Source: Eledone cirrhosa (taxonomy: Eukaryota). Taken from it: 64,000 bases of DNA. The stretch spans positions 245,334,001 through 245,398,000 of the forward strand of contig OZ024743.1 in the NCBI GenBank assembly GCA_964016885.1, in the 5' to 3' direction. Each line of letters opens with the position of its first letter. Position 1 is the stretch's first letter. Below the pieces are notes generated by a model that did no database searches, was not told the DNA's origin, and saw nothing but the letters and a program-made list of their open reading frames with translations. Both the position numbers and the translations under genes were made by a program. Shown piece after piece: positions 27,401-42,300 of the stretch.

Positions 27401-30400
27401 TCAATATGAGTGGTTAATTACAACTGGTTTTAGCAAAAAGAGGTGAGAGAATTCTGGCCGGATACGGCTGGTTTAAATGCTAAAGGGTTAAGTTTCTATC
27501 TAATGATCTCTTCATTACCCTTTCATCAATAACTAAATCTCTATCCCAGTCACTGTACTATGCCACCAGTATACTGTCTGTATTCAATCACTCTACCATC
27601 ACCTGTTATTAATTTATCTCTCTTTTATCACTACCACTACCCATTAGCATTCTACATCATTTCCATCAAAGACGGGAGACATCAGATCTGTTCATATTCA
27701 GTACTCCAGTCACTACCTCTACTCCTCATTCCCTCTTCACTATGAGATGCTCCATTATCATCTACCACCCATGTCCTTTCTATCCATCATTTGCCATCTC
27801 TTATCACAAACTAAGTGGTACTACATTACTATCTACTGCACTCAATTACTATTACCCTTCACTTGGCCTCTCATTTCTATCCCATCATGCAACACATACT
27901 ATTTCCTTGTCAAACAGACATTAAATGATGAGGAATGCTATATAAAATTCTGATTAGGTGATCATAGTTATCCACAATTAACCCTTTCCTTACCATATTT
28001 CTAATGAAAGACACTACCTATGTCATTAACCCTTTCCTTACCATATTTCTAATGAAAGACACTACCTATGTCATTAACCCTTTCCTTACCATATTTCTAA
28101 TGAAAGACACTACCTATGTCATTAACCCTTTCCTTACCAAATTTCTAATGAAAGACACTACCTATGTCATTAACCCTTTCCTTACCATATTTCTAATGAA
28201 AGACACTACCTATGTCATTAACCCTTTCCTTACCAAATTTCTAATGAAAGACACTACCTATGTCATTAACCCTTTCCTTACCAAATTTCTAATGAAAGAC
28301 ACTACCTATGATTTTCAAATATTAAAAAAAAATAATCAAGGATTTCAAAAGATTTAGTAATATAACTAAGTTTGATATTAAGTAAGTGTTTGGAATGGAA
28401 CAAAGGTTCTTACATAAAATTATGATGGAAGGTTTTCAGATAAAGACAAATACTTTAAAGTAAACAGTTTTGTATCATAGAAACAGGTTGTTTGGTATTA
28501 TCTAAATGTATTTAAGACTATTCAATAGAATTCGTAATATAATCGGCTTGTCTCCCCACAGCCCCGGCGGACAGAATGGAGAAGGCGTTTCCCCGGAGGA
28601 CGGCAAGGGAGACGCACTGGAAAAGCTATGCTGTGATGGAAGCATGATTGAAAGGCGGAGGTTAAAGAAGAATTCAGTTTTTAAAACAAGGTAGGTAAAT
28701 TTAATTTCTCATTTCCTTACAACTTGGCTAATGTTTCAACAATTATTTCTTCAGGAGAAAATAACAGATCTTATTAAATGAGTTCTACATATCAGTGATA
28801 AGGGAAAGGGAAAGAATGTAGACTAAAGGGGGAAACAAGAAGGAACAGAAATGAAGGAAGAAAGGGTGAAAAAACAAGAAGAAAACAAGAGAGGGTGTAT
28901 GAGGGGATAGATTACTAAGGGAATATAGGTAAGAATATAAGGTGGAAATGAGAGAGAGAGAGAGAGAGATGGAGAACCAATGGAAAATATGGAGAAGTGA
29001 GAAAGTGGAGAAAATAATTGTTTCTACGTTTGGCACAAGGCCAGCAGTTATCCCAGTGCATTACTGGTACTTTATTTTATCGACCCCGTAAAGATGAAAG
29101 GCAAAGTTAACATCTGCGGGATTTGAACTCAGTCCGTAAAGGGATGCAACTCTGTGCTGCAAAGCATGTTGTCCGACCCTCTACCGATACTGCCAATCCA
29201 CCAGAGGAAATAATTGTTTCTACTTTAGGCACAAGGCCAGCAATTACCCAGTGCATTACTGGTACTTTATTTTATCGACTCCGTAAGGATGAAAGGCAAA
29301 GTCAACCTCGGCGGGATTTGAACTCAGATCGTAAAGGGACGTAACTATGCTGGAAAGCATGGCGTCCGACCCTCTACCGATACTGCCAATTCACCAGAGG
29401 AAATAATGAAATCAAAACAGGATAAGTAGGGAGCAAAAATAAAGTGTAAAGGTACCGAAAGCAAAGAATTAAATGAAGAAAAAGATTCATATTCAAGCAA
29501 ACAATAAATATTATGGTACATATTGTTTAGGATTTCAGGGTTGATTGGGAGTTGGCAGTAGAGCGATTAATATGAGAATAGGAAATAATATACAGTGAAA
29601 TTTAATACAATTAATGATACATATTATTTTAATATACTTTATATACTCGAATATAAGCCAACCCCACTATTTTATGTCTGAGAAATGAGCAAAATTCCAA
29701 ACCTTATTCATGTAGAATTTGAAGTTGATGAAAATCATCAAAATACTGACCCATTCTACCATGGATTTTTTTGTACATATTCCTCGGATTATATTCGAAT
29801 ATATACAGTACTTCAAAATAAATACAATTTATAAGAATTTTAAAGTTTGTGGATAGAAATGCATAAAAGAAAAATTATTTAGACAGTCAAGTATTTGTTT
29901 TGAAAAATTGGTTTTAAACAGTTAAGTTTCAGATACTCTATATGTGTGTCTTGTCTTTCTTGATGGAGCAAACATAAGACCAGAAAGAAGAGGAGACACA
30001 GAGAAGAACACAGTCATTGATGAGATCACCAAATGTGTGATGAGCTTTGACAAAATAACCAACCAATAACTAATAATAATAAAGCTGAAGTGAAAATCAA
30101 ATAGTGCATGTGTTTTTATTGGCAAAATGACCATCCCATATATATATATGGGTCATTTCCTATTTGAGTGTGTTGATAAAGTGACCATATAGAAATATCC
30201 AACGTAACTGGGACGGCATCAAGTGCAGGTCTACCTTCTTGCAGCCAAACAGCAGCACATGGATCAATTTGGTGCTCTCTTCATCAACTGGTATCCTTCT
30301 TAATGACGAGTGCACTCACATGGGAGAAGCCCAATGCTTCGGACATTGTGGAGCTGTCGTCAATGAGTTCAGCCCGCACCCATCATGCCGCCAGAGCACA

Positions 30401-33400
30401 AACTGGTTCTCCTATGGAAAAGAGCCTCAATGCAGCTGGCTTCCCATCACAATTGGAGCCAGTAGCCCTTGAACATGGTGGCAGCAAGCACCCCAACGGA
30501 ATTACCTTCTCCTTTTTCGAAGGAGGTACATCCCTCATTTAGGATGCGATGTGTTGTGACATGTTCTCCGCCTCCAACTTAGTCGCCTCGGCCTCGAACT
30601 CCAGTACCACAGCTCGCAATGCAGAAGACAGGAAGACAAGCAAATATCAGAGCTTGTCCGACTGCTTCCTCTTTGCACTGGTCACCGTTGAGATCTCAGG
30701 TGTCCTCAGATCCTGGACAGCTGACATCCTCTGTAAATCGGATAGATAGGAGCCCATCTGAAGAAGAAAGCCCCATGAGGTGGGGTGGCTGTTGCAGTGT
30801 GTCACTGGCTTTTGTCTGCGGAAATGCCATTGCTATTTTGTTCATAGGACACAGCCGAAACACTGCCCTGACCTAGGTGTCGAGTCTGTCACCCTCTACC
30901 CTTCTCCCCTTTATTTCTTCCTTTGTATAGTAGTCCTTGTTCTTCCCCTCCTCTCATTTATGGCATTTATAGTCCTTTCCAATACTTACTCACTTTTTCT
31001 GTAAGTCTAACCAAATAAAAATTTAGCATTTGAAAAGAGAAAATCAAAAACCAAAACGTAAACAACGGAATATACTTAGTTTTTGTACTGGAACTTATTG
31101 AAATTGAAACTGTTTTTTAAAACAGTTAAAATAGTCAAACTATTTTATAAACATGAAAATATTTTTGGTTGTGTTTATTTTTAAGCTAAACTATATTTTA
31201 GAAACATAGCCCAGATCACACTGACTATATGAACAAAAGATCTGACCAACTATCAACATCTCTTCTTACTGTTTCAGACTATACCTTGGACATTTTTAAG
31301 ACAGTAGGGCATGGTTTCTGGAAAAATATATTATTTATAGTACTCTTTATATATGCATGTATGTATGTGAAAAGTAAATGGAAAAAACACAACAGACAAT
31401 GAAGATAATATATATTAGTTTCACGCTTAAAAGGATAGAAAAAGTCTTAACGTTTCAGACATTAGTCCTTCATTATATATATATCACACACACACACATA
31501 TATATATATAGTGTGTGTGTGTGTGTATTATTAAAAATACCATTGTACTTAAAACAGTCAAACATTATTAAATTTTATATTCTGAAGAGAAAAGTGAGTG
31601 ACTTCGAAGTTTCAGCTTAGTCGCTTCATACGTCAGATGGATGAAGCGACCAAGAGTATGTATGTGTGTATGTATCACACTACACACATACATACTGAAC
31701 TACTCTCAGGTCTCAAATAATAGGGGTGATTGGAATAAGCAGGGGGGGGGGGGGGGTCGGTAATTTTTCTAGGTTGTATCCCTTGATTTTTAAAAAACCA
31801 GAATTAGTCGTTTACATATTGAGACCCCCAAACGCATCCTATTTATTTTATAACGTATATGATTTCTTTTGTCATGTAGGGTTTTTAACGTCCAAAATGC
31901 TACCACTTAAAATAAAATTTCGCCGGAGATATAGATTAGCAAAATTTAATAAGCAGCGGCGGGGAATAAGAAGGGGTTGGTTGGTGGAAAAAACAGAAAA
32001 ATTGCGAGGGGGGGGGGGGGCATGATTATTCGAGGCCCGAGAATACCCTAACCATAGATGAGGTCACGCATTTTAAGGAGAGGAGGGGGGGGGGGGGCAC
32101 TGTCGATTGGATCGCATTCAAAATTCACTTATTTTATTACCTGACCCCTGGGCTGGGGAGATGGAGTAAAGATGACAAAGAATGTTGAATCTGGAAATAT
32201 TTGAAAGCACTAAAATGTTGTCAGGAATATGTTTAGTTTGACCATTTATCGTTTCAACCACTTCACCTCACCTGAACCCCGACTTTGAAATCATGTTAGA
32301 TACAAAGGCTTCACTATAGAGTAATAACATCTGTCAATATTTCTAAAATAAAACACCCGATATACATCTACCACCGACTGTTAACACAATGTTATCTATC
32401 TATCCCCAATGTCTGCTGGTCAGATAAACGGCTAGATCCAGGCACAATTGTTCTGCTCCAATTATCAAATTTATAATTTGCCATCAAAATTTAAACATAC
32501 ATTTTTATATTTCAATGCAAATATTTTTTAATGAGTCTTAAAAAGCATATTTTAAAGTAAAATTATTTTTAACGGATATTATAAAGCACAATTTCAAATA
32601 AAAATATTTAAACGAGTCTTTAAAAACATATTTCTATTTTTAACAAATCTGAATAAGCATATTTTTAAAGTAAAATTATTACACTTTTTTGTGTTAAGAA
32701 ACACTAGCTAAGAAGAAAGTAACGAGAATCTGTGACATGCTTATCACAATAGCATCAATGAACTAAATGAAGTAGAAAAAGCTTCACTCGGAAAATCGTA
32801 GCCAGTCGGGGGCAGAGGTGGATAGGAGCACTTGATGTCAATATACGGTGCTAGTGGTGTCATCGACCTCACATTAGGTACATTTCAACAAAACATAATG
32901 TAATATCCGGAGCGACTAATCCGCTTTCGATTATAATTGAAGTCAAATTCACTAAAAATATCGCCCTCATCCTATTAATATTAAGTCCGATGTTCCGGGC
33001 TATAATAGGACAAGAAAATGTATTTTTAAATGTTAAGCATTGTAATTGTAATTTTTACATCGGAAAGGTTTTTATTTTTAGATATGCGAATATAAAATAG
33101 AATGATGTGTGTACACACATATCACTGAGGATCGAAACAGAATTAATTCATTAACTCCGTAAACTAGTCGCCGTTCTAGCTCTCTCAAATCCCGCCGTGG
33201 TCGATTTTGCTTTTCAACCTTTCGAGATTGATCAAATAAAGTACCAGTCCCATACTGGCTAAATTTTCCCTTTTGCTCTACAATAAATCGGCTACGTTAA
33301 ATTTAAAATGCCCGAGACGGGGCTCTTTACCCCCCCCCCCTCTCTATCTCCATATATATATATATATATATGACAATCATGTATGTATAAACATAAAAAT

Positions 33401-34863
33401 TCAGATTATTCTGAACAACCGATTTTGTGTCGTTAAGATTTATTTATAACATTCTATACAATCTTTCTTCCTCTTTCACACACACACACACACATATATA
33501 TATGTATACATATACACATAAGTGTGCATGCAACGCAAACAATAAGCTCGAAAGTCGATGCTTTAGGACGAAAAATCTCCGAAATAAAGTTTTAAAGGCA
33601 AATGTGAAATTTTTACGGTCTATTTGTATTAGAGAAACTTGTGTGTTTGTTTGTTTGTATATGTATACACACAAACAGAGTGTACATGCGGAAAATATAA
33701 CATAACAAACATGTACATCCGTGACGTGATTTGTGTGTATCTCCCACACATGTATATGCATGATGATTATATACAAGTAAGAGTGTGTTTATCATCATTA
33801 CACACTGAAGTCGAGGTTGTCTACCGCAATGTGAATATCGGTGATGTTATGGTTGATACAAAACCAAACACACTTTATCCAGACAATTGTCTTCTTTCGA
33901 TCAACAAAGAGCTGATTTATTAATATATTCTCTATTTTCTATTGAGTATTTATTTGGAACGATTCTCCCTGACTAGTGTAGTCCCCACCCCTAATATATA
34001 TATGTGAAAAAAAAAGGAAAGGAACTAATCGTCAGATCTGACCGTTTCCTTGGTCTTTCCACTGTTGATACTATCTGCCGGTCGTTAACCCTGACAGAAA
34101 GAAAAGGAATTTGAACTCAGAACACACAGAGCCAGATAAAACACTGTAATTTCCCCAGACCAACGCCCCTGGACTGGTACCTTATTTATTGAACACGAAA
34201 GACAACGTTGACCTCATCAGGATTTGAACTTATATACATATAACAAGAGGAAGGACAGAAATAACAAAATAAAAAAGATCAGGGTCTGGCTTCCTGATTT
34301 TTTCCTTTCAAAATAAATAAATAAAATAAAAATAAGAGCCATCACAGTGTTAAATGATAGAGGTATTAGTGAAATAATTACTAGCAGAACAAAACATATA
34401 TGGGTATCATTGACAATTGAACTAGCTCTATATTTTCCCCCCGATCGGTTTGAGTCATTGATTCATTCATACAGATACATATGTATATATACACGTACAT
34501 ATATATATATATATTTTGTTTATCGTGAACTCGTGCGCCGTTTTTTCGATACTCGATTATTCTACTATATATATATATATATTAAAATAACAGATTAAAG
34601 TTTAAGCAAAGAATCGCTGCTTTCACCCTTAACTCGATCTTCCCCGCTAAGGGTGAAAGCAGTGATTAAACTTTAATCTGTTATTTTAATAAATATTTGC
34701 TCTACGGTTCTTATATATTTGATATATATTTATCCTTATCGAACCCTCTTTGGATTTTAGTAGTCTTCAAATTTATTATTATTACTATATAATATATATA
34801 TATATATGTGTATATATATATATATATGTGTGTATGTATATCTGTATGTATGTATGTATATAC

Positions 34864-34903
<40 letters not shown>

Positions 34904-37900
34904 CAAATTATACAAAAACAAAACACACTAGTAAAGGGAACAAAAAAGGAAATAAAAAGAAAAAAGAATTAAGCCACAAAAGAAAGGGAGAGGAGGAGGA
35001 ACAAATGTTGCACTCCAGTCTGAGAGGTGTTTCAGCTGCAGCCCATGGACAAAATGGCAAAGGCATATTACTGCAGAGAATGGCCAGACACCTACAGCAA
35101 CAGCCACCCCACCTCACAGATCTATTTCCTGAAATGGGCTGCTGTCTTTCTGATTTTACAGAGTAAATCAGTAGTGGGGGGGGGGGGGGGGGGCATGGAC
35201 ACCAGAAATCGTGATGGAGACTAGTTCAAAGAGGTAGCAGTTGGTCAGGCACCAGTATTTAACTATCTTCCTCTCCTCTGCATTGTGAGCAGCGGAGCCC
35301 AGGTTTGTGGACGAAGCGACAATGGTATTTGTGTGACTCCCACACATGGATGCCACTCTATTGCGAATGCACTCATCATGATGAAGGGTCAGTTGGTGCA
35401 ATGGCACCCAACTGAGCCAAGTCCACTGTTTGGTTGCAAGGTGGAGCGGAGACAGGTGAGACGGTGTTGGTCCCGGGAAGACTCGCCGTCCTTTGGGGTT
35501 ATTCAAGCTCCAGGCTAGACAAGATCGATTCTGAGTACAGCGTCTTAGAATTTGGTCTCACAGTCGCCCACATTGATGACCTCGGTCTTGGACGGATTGA
35601 TCTCTAGTCCTAGTTGCCTTAAGGCAGGGATGACCCACTGGAGGTCCTCAGCAACAGACTTAACCGATCTTCCCAGTCTCATTGCCCAAATACCAGACAT
35701 TGAAGGGGGAACAGTCTGAGCGGGCGATGTCAACAGTTAGTGCGAAAAAGAGCAAGTCAAGTGGGCCTCCACCCTGGACACTTGTGATGGAGGTGATTCG
35801 TGTGTGAACAGCCATGAGTGTGCTAATGTGTCCCATAAGGGAGGTATGTGAGAGGGTGCAATGAGGGAGCATGTCTTCAACATGTCTCTAAACTGTGATC
35901 CCGCCTAACACGTATAATTTGCATTTTCAGCTTCACTAGGTGTAGTGACGAAGGATGCATGTGCTCTATGAAGTGTCTGGTCACATGAGCAGCAGCCACA
36001 CATCTACAATTAATTCCCACTCCAAGCTGGACAGGGTTGAATACCTTGCTTAGATCATGAACAACAGATCTGCAGACTAGCTTGACTACAAGTTGCCAAA
36101 AGACATTGCCCACTTCAATAGGTCAAATGCTGTCGTCATTCCTCTTCAATGCCGTCAAGTTGGCTGAGAAGAGATGATCACGGGCATGGCGGGGGGAGGT
36201 TGGCAGGAAGAAGCCTGTTACTGAGAGCAGTAATGGATTGGAGCAGCTATGTTCCTGCCTCAGTGGATTGTGGCAGGATTTTATCTCTGAGGTGGCTGGG
36301 TTGCAAGTCATCCACTCTACCAGTGCTGCTCCCTGGGAAGGATCCCAGGGCTGCTGTCACATCCTCGCCAGACGCGAACAAGACAACAACACTGTCAGGG
36401 ATCTAGAAGTCCTTGGTATTGACAGGTTGGTCTGGGTGTTTGAGCCTGGGAGCGCCCAGGAACTTAAGTGTGGGCCAGAGTACCATGTCGCTCAAGGCCA
36501 GCACATGCACTGCAACAGAAATATCGCCCTCGATTAATTTACAATTGACTCAGTGACAGTGATGTTTCACACAATCAGAAGGGAACTGTGTGTGGTGTTG
36601 ACATAGGTGAGCAGTGTGGGAGAAGTGAGAAGCTGAGTGGTAAGGGGTGGTCGAAGGAAGCAATGTTGCCTCTGAGCTTCGAAGTCATGGAGGGGACCAA
36701 ACCCTCCCTTGTTATTGGAATCCCTAATCTAAGCAATGCAAAACTAAAGAGCTTGTTCCAGCCTTGCAGTCCGTTGGTATCGAGCGCTTATATATATATT
36801 GGGAAAACAAACATTAGATGATGATGTTGATATATATATATATATATACAAATAAACAAGGAAAAAGACACAAGAGAACAATACAATACAATAATATATT
36901 AGAAAAGTATCTTAACGTTTCGGACGTCAGCCTTTCATCGAAAAATAAATGAATCAGTGACCCGGACTGATTTAATAAGATGTTTAAAGCGAGATTCATT
37001 GACGATACTCATACATTTATGTGTGTGTGTGTATATATATGTATTTATGTATAAATCAATCATGGTATATAAATGGATGATATAAATATGGACCAGGTGT
37101 GTGAGTGTATTGTGTGCACCAATCATGTGCTGTGTTGTAACTCCCTCTATCTGGATACTCCACAGGGAGTATCTGTGTTTGGTTGTGATCACGTGACCAC
37201 CTAAAATAAATTAGTAAGCGGCAAGGTATATGTTGATACCATGTTATACCAGCATATAAAAGGGTGAGGGTAAAGACCCACTTCGGTCACAAATGACCTA
37301 GGGATTTGTACTCAGAAAGTTCCCCTCCAAGGCACAAGTCCGGTAAGGTTGTTTGTGGAAGACCAACAGTTTCCCATACCAGACTCCCCTCTCCATGCCA
37401 CTAATGTTGTCCAAGGGAAAGGCAAAGGCTGATACAGCTTGGCACCAGTGATGTTGCAACTCATTTCTACTGCTGAGTAAACTGAAATAAAGTGTCTTGC
37501 TCAAGGACACAATACCTCAACCAGCCTGAGAATCAAACTCACAACCTCATGATTGCAAGCCCAACACTCTAACCACTAACCCATGCACCTTCACACCAAG
37601 ATATACCTCTCTCTACATTAAAGTAATTCATGTAATTTGTGTCCTATATTTCCCAAAGGAAGTGACACCAGTTACAAATCCACAATCATATGATAGCAAA
37701 TTTGATATTATTTCCACACAACACAATTCACCAACTACCACACAAACTTCTGATGACACCAAAGATTGATAAAATAAATATATAATTGGTTGGTTATGAA
37801 ACTAAAAATATTATTCAATATCATGAGGACTCAATTTTTTTAGAACTTGTTCAGCTAAATAATAATTAAAATTAACATTTTGAAAAAGAGAGAAAAATAT

Positions 37901-39298
37901 TGATTTCTCTTAATAAAGCCCACGTCTCAGATGTGACTATAACAACCAAGATAAAGACATCAATCAATTTATGTCCACTTTCCATGCTGGCATGGGATGG
38001 CACGGTCTTAAAGAGGACATGGTTGGACAACCATGTCTTTTTCATAGGTTCCATATTTTGCTCATCCACCAAACAATTTTGGCATGGCTTTTACAGTTGG
38101 ATGCCCTTCCCAACACCAACCACTTTACAGAGTGTATTTTTTGCCTTTTTTCGTGGTACCAGCACTACCACTTTACAGAATGTACTGGGTGCATTTTAGT
38201 GTTCTACTAGCACCTCCGCTTTACAGAGTATACAAAATACATTTTATTGTGGCACTAACACTACCCCTTTACAGAGTGTACTGGGAGCCTTTTTATTGTG
38301 GCACTAGCACTACCAATTCCACATCCCAGAAATTCAGACAATATATAGTGATTCCTTTGTTCACAATCATCAGAGGGTTGTCTTAACTTATCTAAAATCT
38401 GTCTGAAGCCCAAAGGGTCATCAGCCCAATGTTTATCCCGGTTTTCGTGGCATGAAACAACTGGGTGTACAAGACTTTCCCCTGGACAGGACATCAGTCC
38501 ATTGCAGGATTAAACCTTCAGCTATTTTGGTATTCATTTTCAGCTGAGTATACTGGAGCAACGTGGAATGATGTGCTTTGCTCAAGAACACAACATACAA
38601 CCCAGTCCAGGAATTGAAGCCAAGACATTATTATCATAAGCCCAATACCATTAGGCCACACACCTCCACTGTCTTAATTTATAGGGAAGGTATATTGTGG
38701 CATGCACTCTATTTGCAAAGATAATTCAGCAACATAAAGGAAGTGAAATTACAATCAGAAAACATGTTTGATATCTACCATTTTTACTGGTTTCTGTTAT
38801 TAGATGCCAGATATGCTGAGAGATAGTCTTCAAGGGTGTAATCAAACATATCGGCCTCAGTACTTATCTTTTAAACTCTGGTTCTTATTTACTCAATGTC
38901 TATTTGTCGAACTGCAAGGTTACAGGATATAAACAAACAACACCAGTTGCTAAGCTTTGTAGATGTTATCACACACACACACAGGCACACGATAAACTTC
39001 CACAGTTTTTATCAACCAAATTTCATTCACATAGCATTGGTCAACCTGTGGCTATAGTAGAAGACATTTGTCCAAAGTGCCACACTGTGACTAAACCTGA
39101 AACCATGTGGTTTCAGAGTGAACTTCATACATATATATATATGAGTCTCGAGTTCAATCGGGAGTAACCACAGTAAGTAAGGTACTTAATACATTAGTAG
39201 AGTGGATACAGCAAATTTAATATAGAAATGGCTTCTAGAGGACTAGAACTGTTTCATTCAAAGAAAATCATTGGGAAAGCCCTAGTCCTGTAGAAGCC

Positions 39299-39361
<63 letters not shown>

Positions 39362-42300
39362 AGAATTATATTATTTTTGAGACCAGAGAAGAAAAATAAA
39401 ACAAAAGATCTATTTTCTGCTAAAACAGGGGCTGTCCCTGCAGACCTCATGACAAACTTCTCTATTTTGCCCTATCATCTGCATCCTGCTTCACTAGCTC
39501 CCTGGCTTTCATTTCCTCCTCCATAATCTTTAACTATATCTTTCTTCCCTCTACATTTTTGAATATTTTTTCCATCACTCCTCACACCCTGTCACTTTTA
39601 TCCTTCAACATATGACCCAATCATCTCACCCCATTTCTCTTTACAACATTTATCACTGGATCTATTTCCATCATCTTCTACAATTCCTTGTTTGCTTCCC
39701 CTCTCTCTCTCTCTCTGCCAGTGATATTCTGCTCCTCCACCAAACCATTCTCATTTCCATTCTTTCTAGCCTTCACTGTTACTCCACATTCATTAACCAT
39801 GTCTTGTTCCCATAAATCATGCCACTTCTCACACATGCAGCATACGCCTTTCCTTTTTAGCAACACCCTCCCCCCTCCTCATCAGTAAACCACTCTATTT
39901 CCAGAACTTCTTTCATGTATATATTCAAGAAACAAATATACAGAGAAATTCAAATGACACAAACACTAGGCACACACATAATCGTTAGTTAAGTGTGCTA
40001 GTCTACCTGCCAGTCGTGAGTTCAATCCCTGGGTTAGTGTACATATATAAATACTCTAGTTTAATCCTTTTGATGCCAAACTGCCTTTGGTTCTCTGATA
40101 CAAAGCTGTTTATGTTCAAGTGTTTATGTTCAAGCTGTTTATGTTCATTTATGTTATGCTCCAAACACCAACTTAATAATGTTAAAAAAGTTTCTTAACT
40201 ATTTTCAAAATTATAAATCCTAGGCAGTGTCTTTCATAAAAGTATAGTAGGAAAAAAAAGATTAAGCAGAATAAATAAACAAAATCACAGGTAACTGGCT
40301 AATTAACACGAGGATATCCTAATTATGGACAATAGCATGAGAAAATTTACCCCTGTGGTTTGCAAAAAAGGGTTCAGTTCAAAATTCCAAGAATATTATT
40401 GAATGTAACAAACACCTGAAGAGGTCGGAGGGTAGAAAGACTGAAATGTTATAACTATAACAACCAAGATGAGGACACTAATCTGATTAAATCAGTTTAT
40501 AATAGTGATAATTCCACATCTCAGCAAATGTTGTTAGTTTACCAGCACTAGAGGGGTGTCTTATGTACAACTAGTAGAAGAGACCCAGAATTCAAGGGTG
40601 ATAGAAGGGAGAGAAAATGAAGAAGGAAAGAGAATGAGAGACAGCTAGATGATGATGTTGATAAAGCAGCATGATCATGGAAAATAGTATGATAGAAGAG
40701 GGAATACTAGAAGTGAGAGGGTGATGACAGAGAGAGGTGTTGGAAGGAGTGATGATGTTCCTAGTAACACAGGCAGTGTGGCAGGAGAGGGTTAGAGTGA
40801 TAGAAGAGTGGGTGATTAATAGATGAGAGAGTAATGAAGAAAGTGGAAATGTAATATAAATATGATTGTAGATATTATACATCATTCAAGGCAACCCATC
40901 TAGGAGAGCAGACACTCCAAATAAAATCTAACACAAAGTGAAGAGGGCTCCTGATTCCAGTAAGACAACCTCTCAAATGCACCCGGTCAACACTGTAAGG
41001 TGGTTGGTGATAGGAAGGGCGTCCAGCCAGAAAAAACCCTGCCAAAAATATGAACAGTACAACAAATATAACTCTCACAAATTGCATATACTGAACTAGC
41101 ACTAGTCATGTTAGTGATGTGTACGATAGTGCGGTGGCTAGAGTAGCCATGTCCGAGAACCCTCAACTGTCATCAAACAATCACACAACCCTTTTCCCTT
41201 TCAGATACATAAACTTCCCTCAGCCTCCATCACCATAACCATTTTAGGTCCATTTTCCCCTATTTGAATGGGTTGAGTAGGTTTTCTTTGCCAAAAACCT
41301 TTGTGTAGTTCATCATCTTCAGATCAGTCTTCACCCCTTCATCCTATGTCATCCTGGGTCCCCCTCTTCTCTAGGTTCCATCCACTTCAAGCATTCAATA
41401 CTTATTTATACAACTGTCATTATCCATATATATATACATGCATATACAAGAAGTCTTCTCTCTTACACACTACACCTGATTCCTCTTATACTCAGTTTTT
41501 CTCTCAACTCATTTGTGCTGTCATTCACACACACTAACATAACACATTTAGTATAGCATGCCATGCTCACCCCATTTCTTTCCAATTTCTGCAAATCCCT
41601 TGCATTTAAGGCCCAAATCTTACTAACATGCAGCATTGCACATTGTACATGAGCATCATACAATCTATCCATGACTCTGAGAGAGAACCCATTTGGTTTC
41701 AGTAGAGGTAACAGCTTCTTGAAACTTTTCCACCCTGTTCTTACTTTGTTAATATCCACTGCAAGTTAGGTCATTAAGGTAATAAAATATAGTGCTTAGT
41801 GACTTAAAGTAAAAGTGAGACAGACTCAGAGATTGAAAGACATGGAAGAAGAAAGAGCCATAAATTCAATAAAGTTCTTGTTGACACTCATGATAGAAGG
41901 GCGGAGGACACAGAAACTTATAACATTGAGGGAAACTGGGAGTTTCTATGAGACAACCATCTGAAATCTATGCACCAGATCTGTAGCTGGGGCAGGGTGC
42001 CAGTCAGATGGAATGTGATGTGGAAGTGGAATACAATTGTAGACGAGTCATAAAAGCTAAGAAACAGGTTTAGACAGATTGGGTGAAATGGATAGCAGAG
42101 AACTTTACCAAGTAACTAGAGGAGAAGCTTAGCATCAAATATACTTTGCTAGAGGAGGCAAATAGAGGAAAAAGTTTCCATATGTTCTGCGGTGTGAGGA
42201 TCAGAAGCATGAGGTATTGTGAGGCAGTGAGCTTGAGGAAATTGAGATGTTGTGGAGAAGTTTATTCAAAATGATAACAGTACACTTACTCTTACTGATG

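Noticed and set aside
28004-28357. 117-aa repeat protein ([16 protein letters not shown])n
   Set aside because: The frame is open only because the 48-bp unit is a multiple of three; it derives from a MITE terminus.
32700-33925. Nested gene in intron 1 from short unique-looking ORFs
   Set aside because: No recognisable domain and no consistent set of splice sites.
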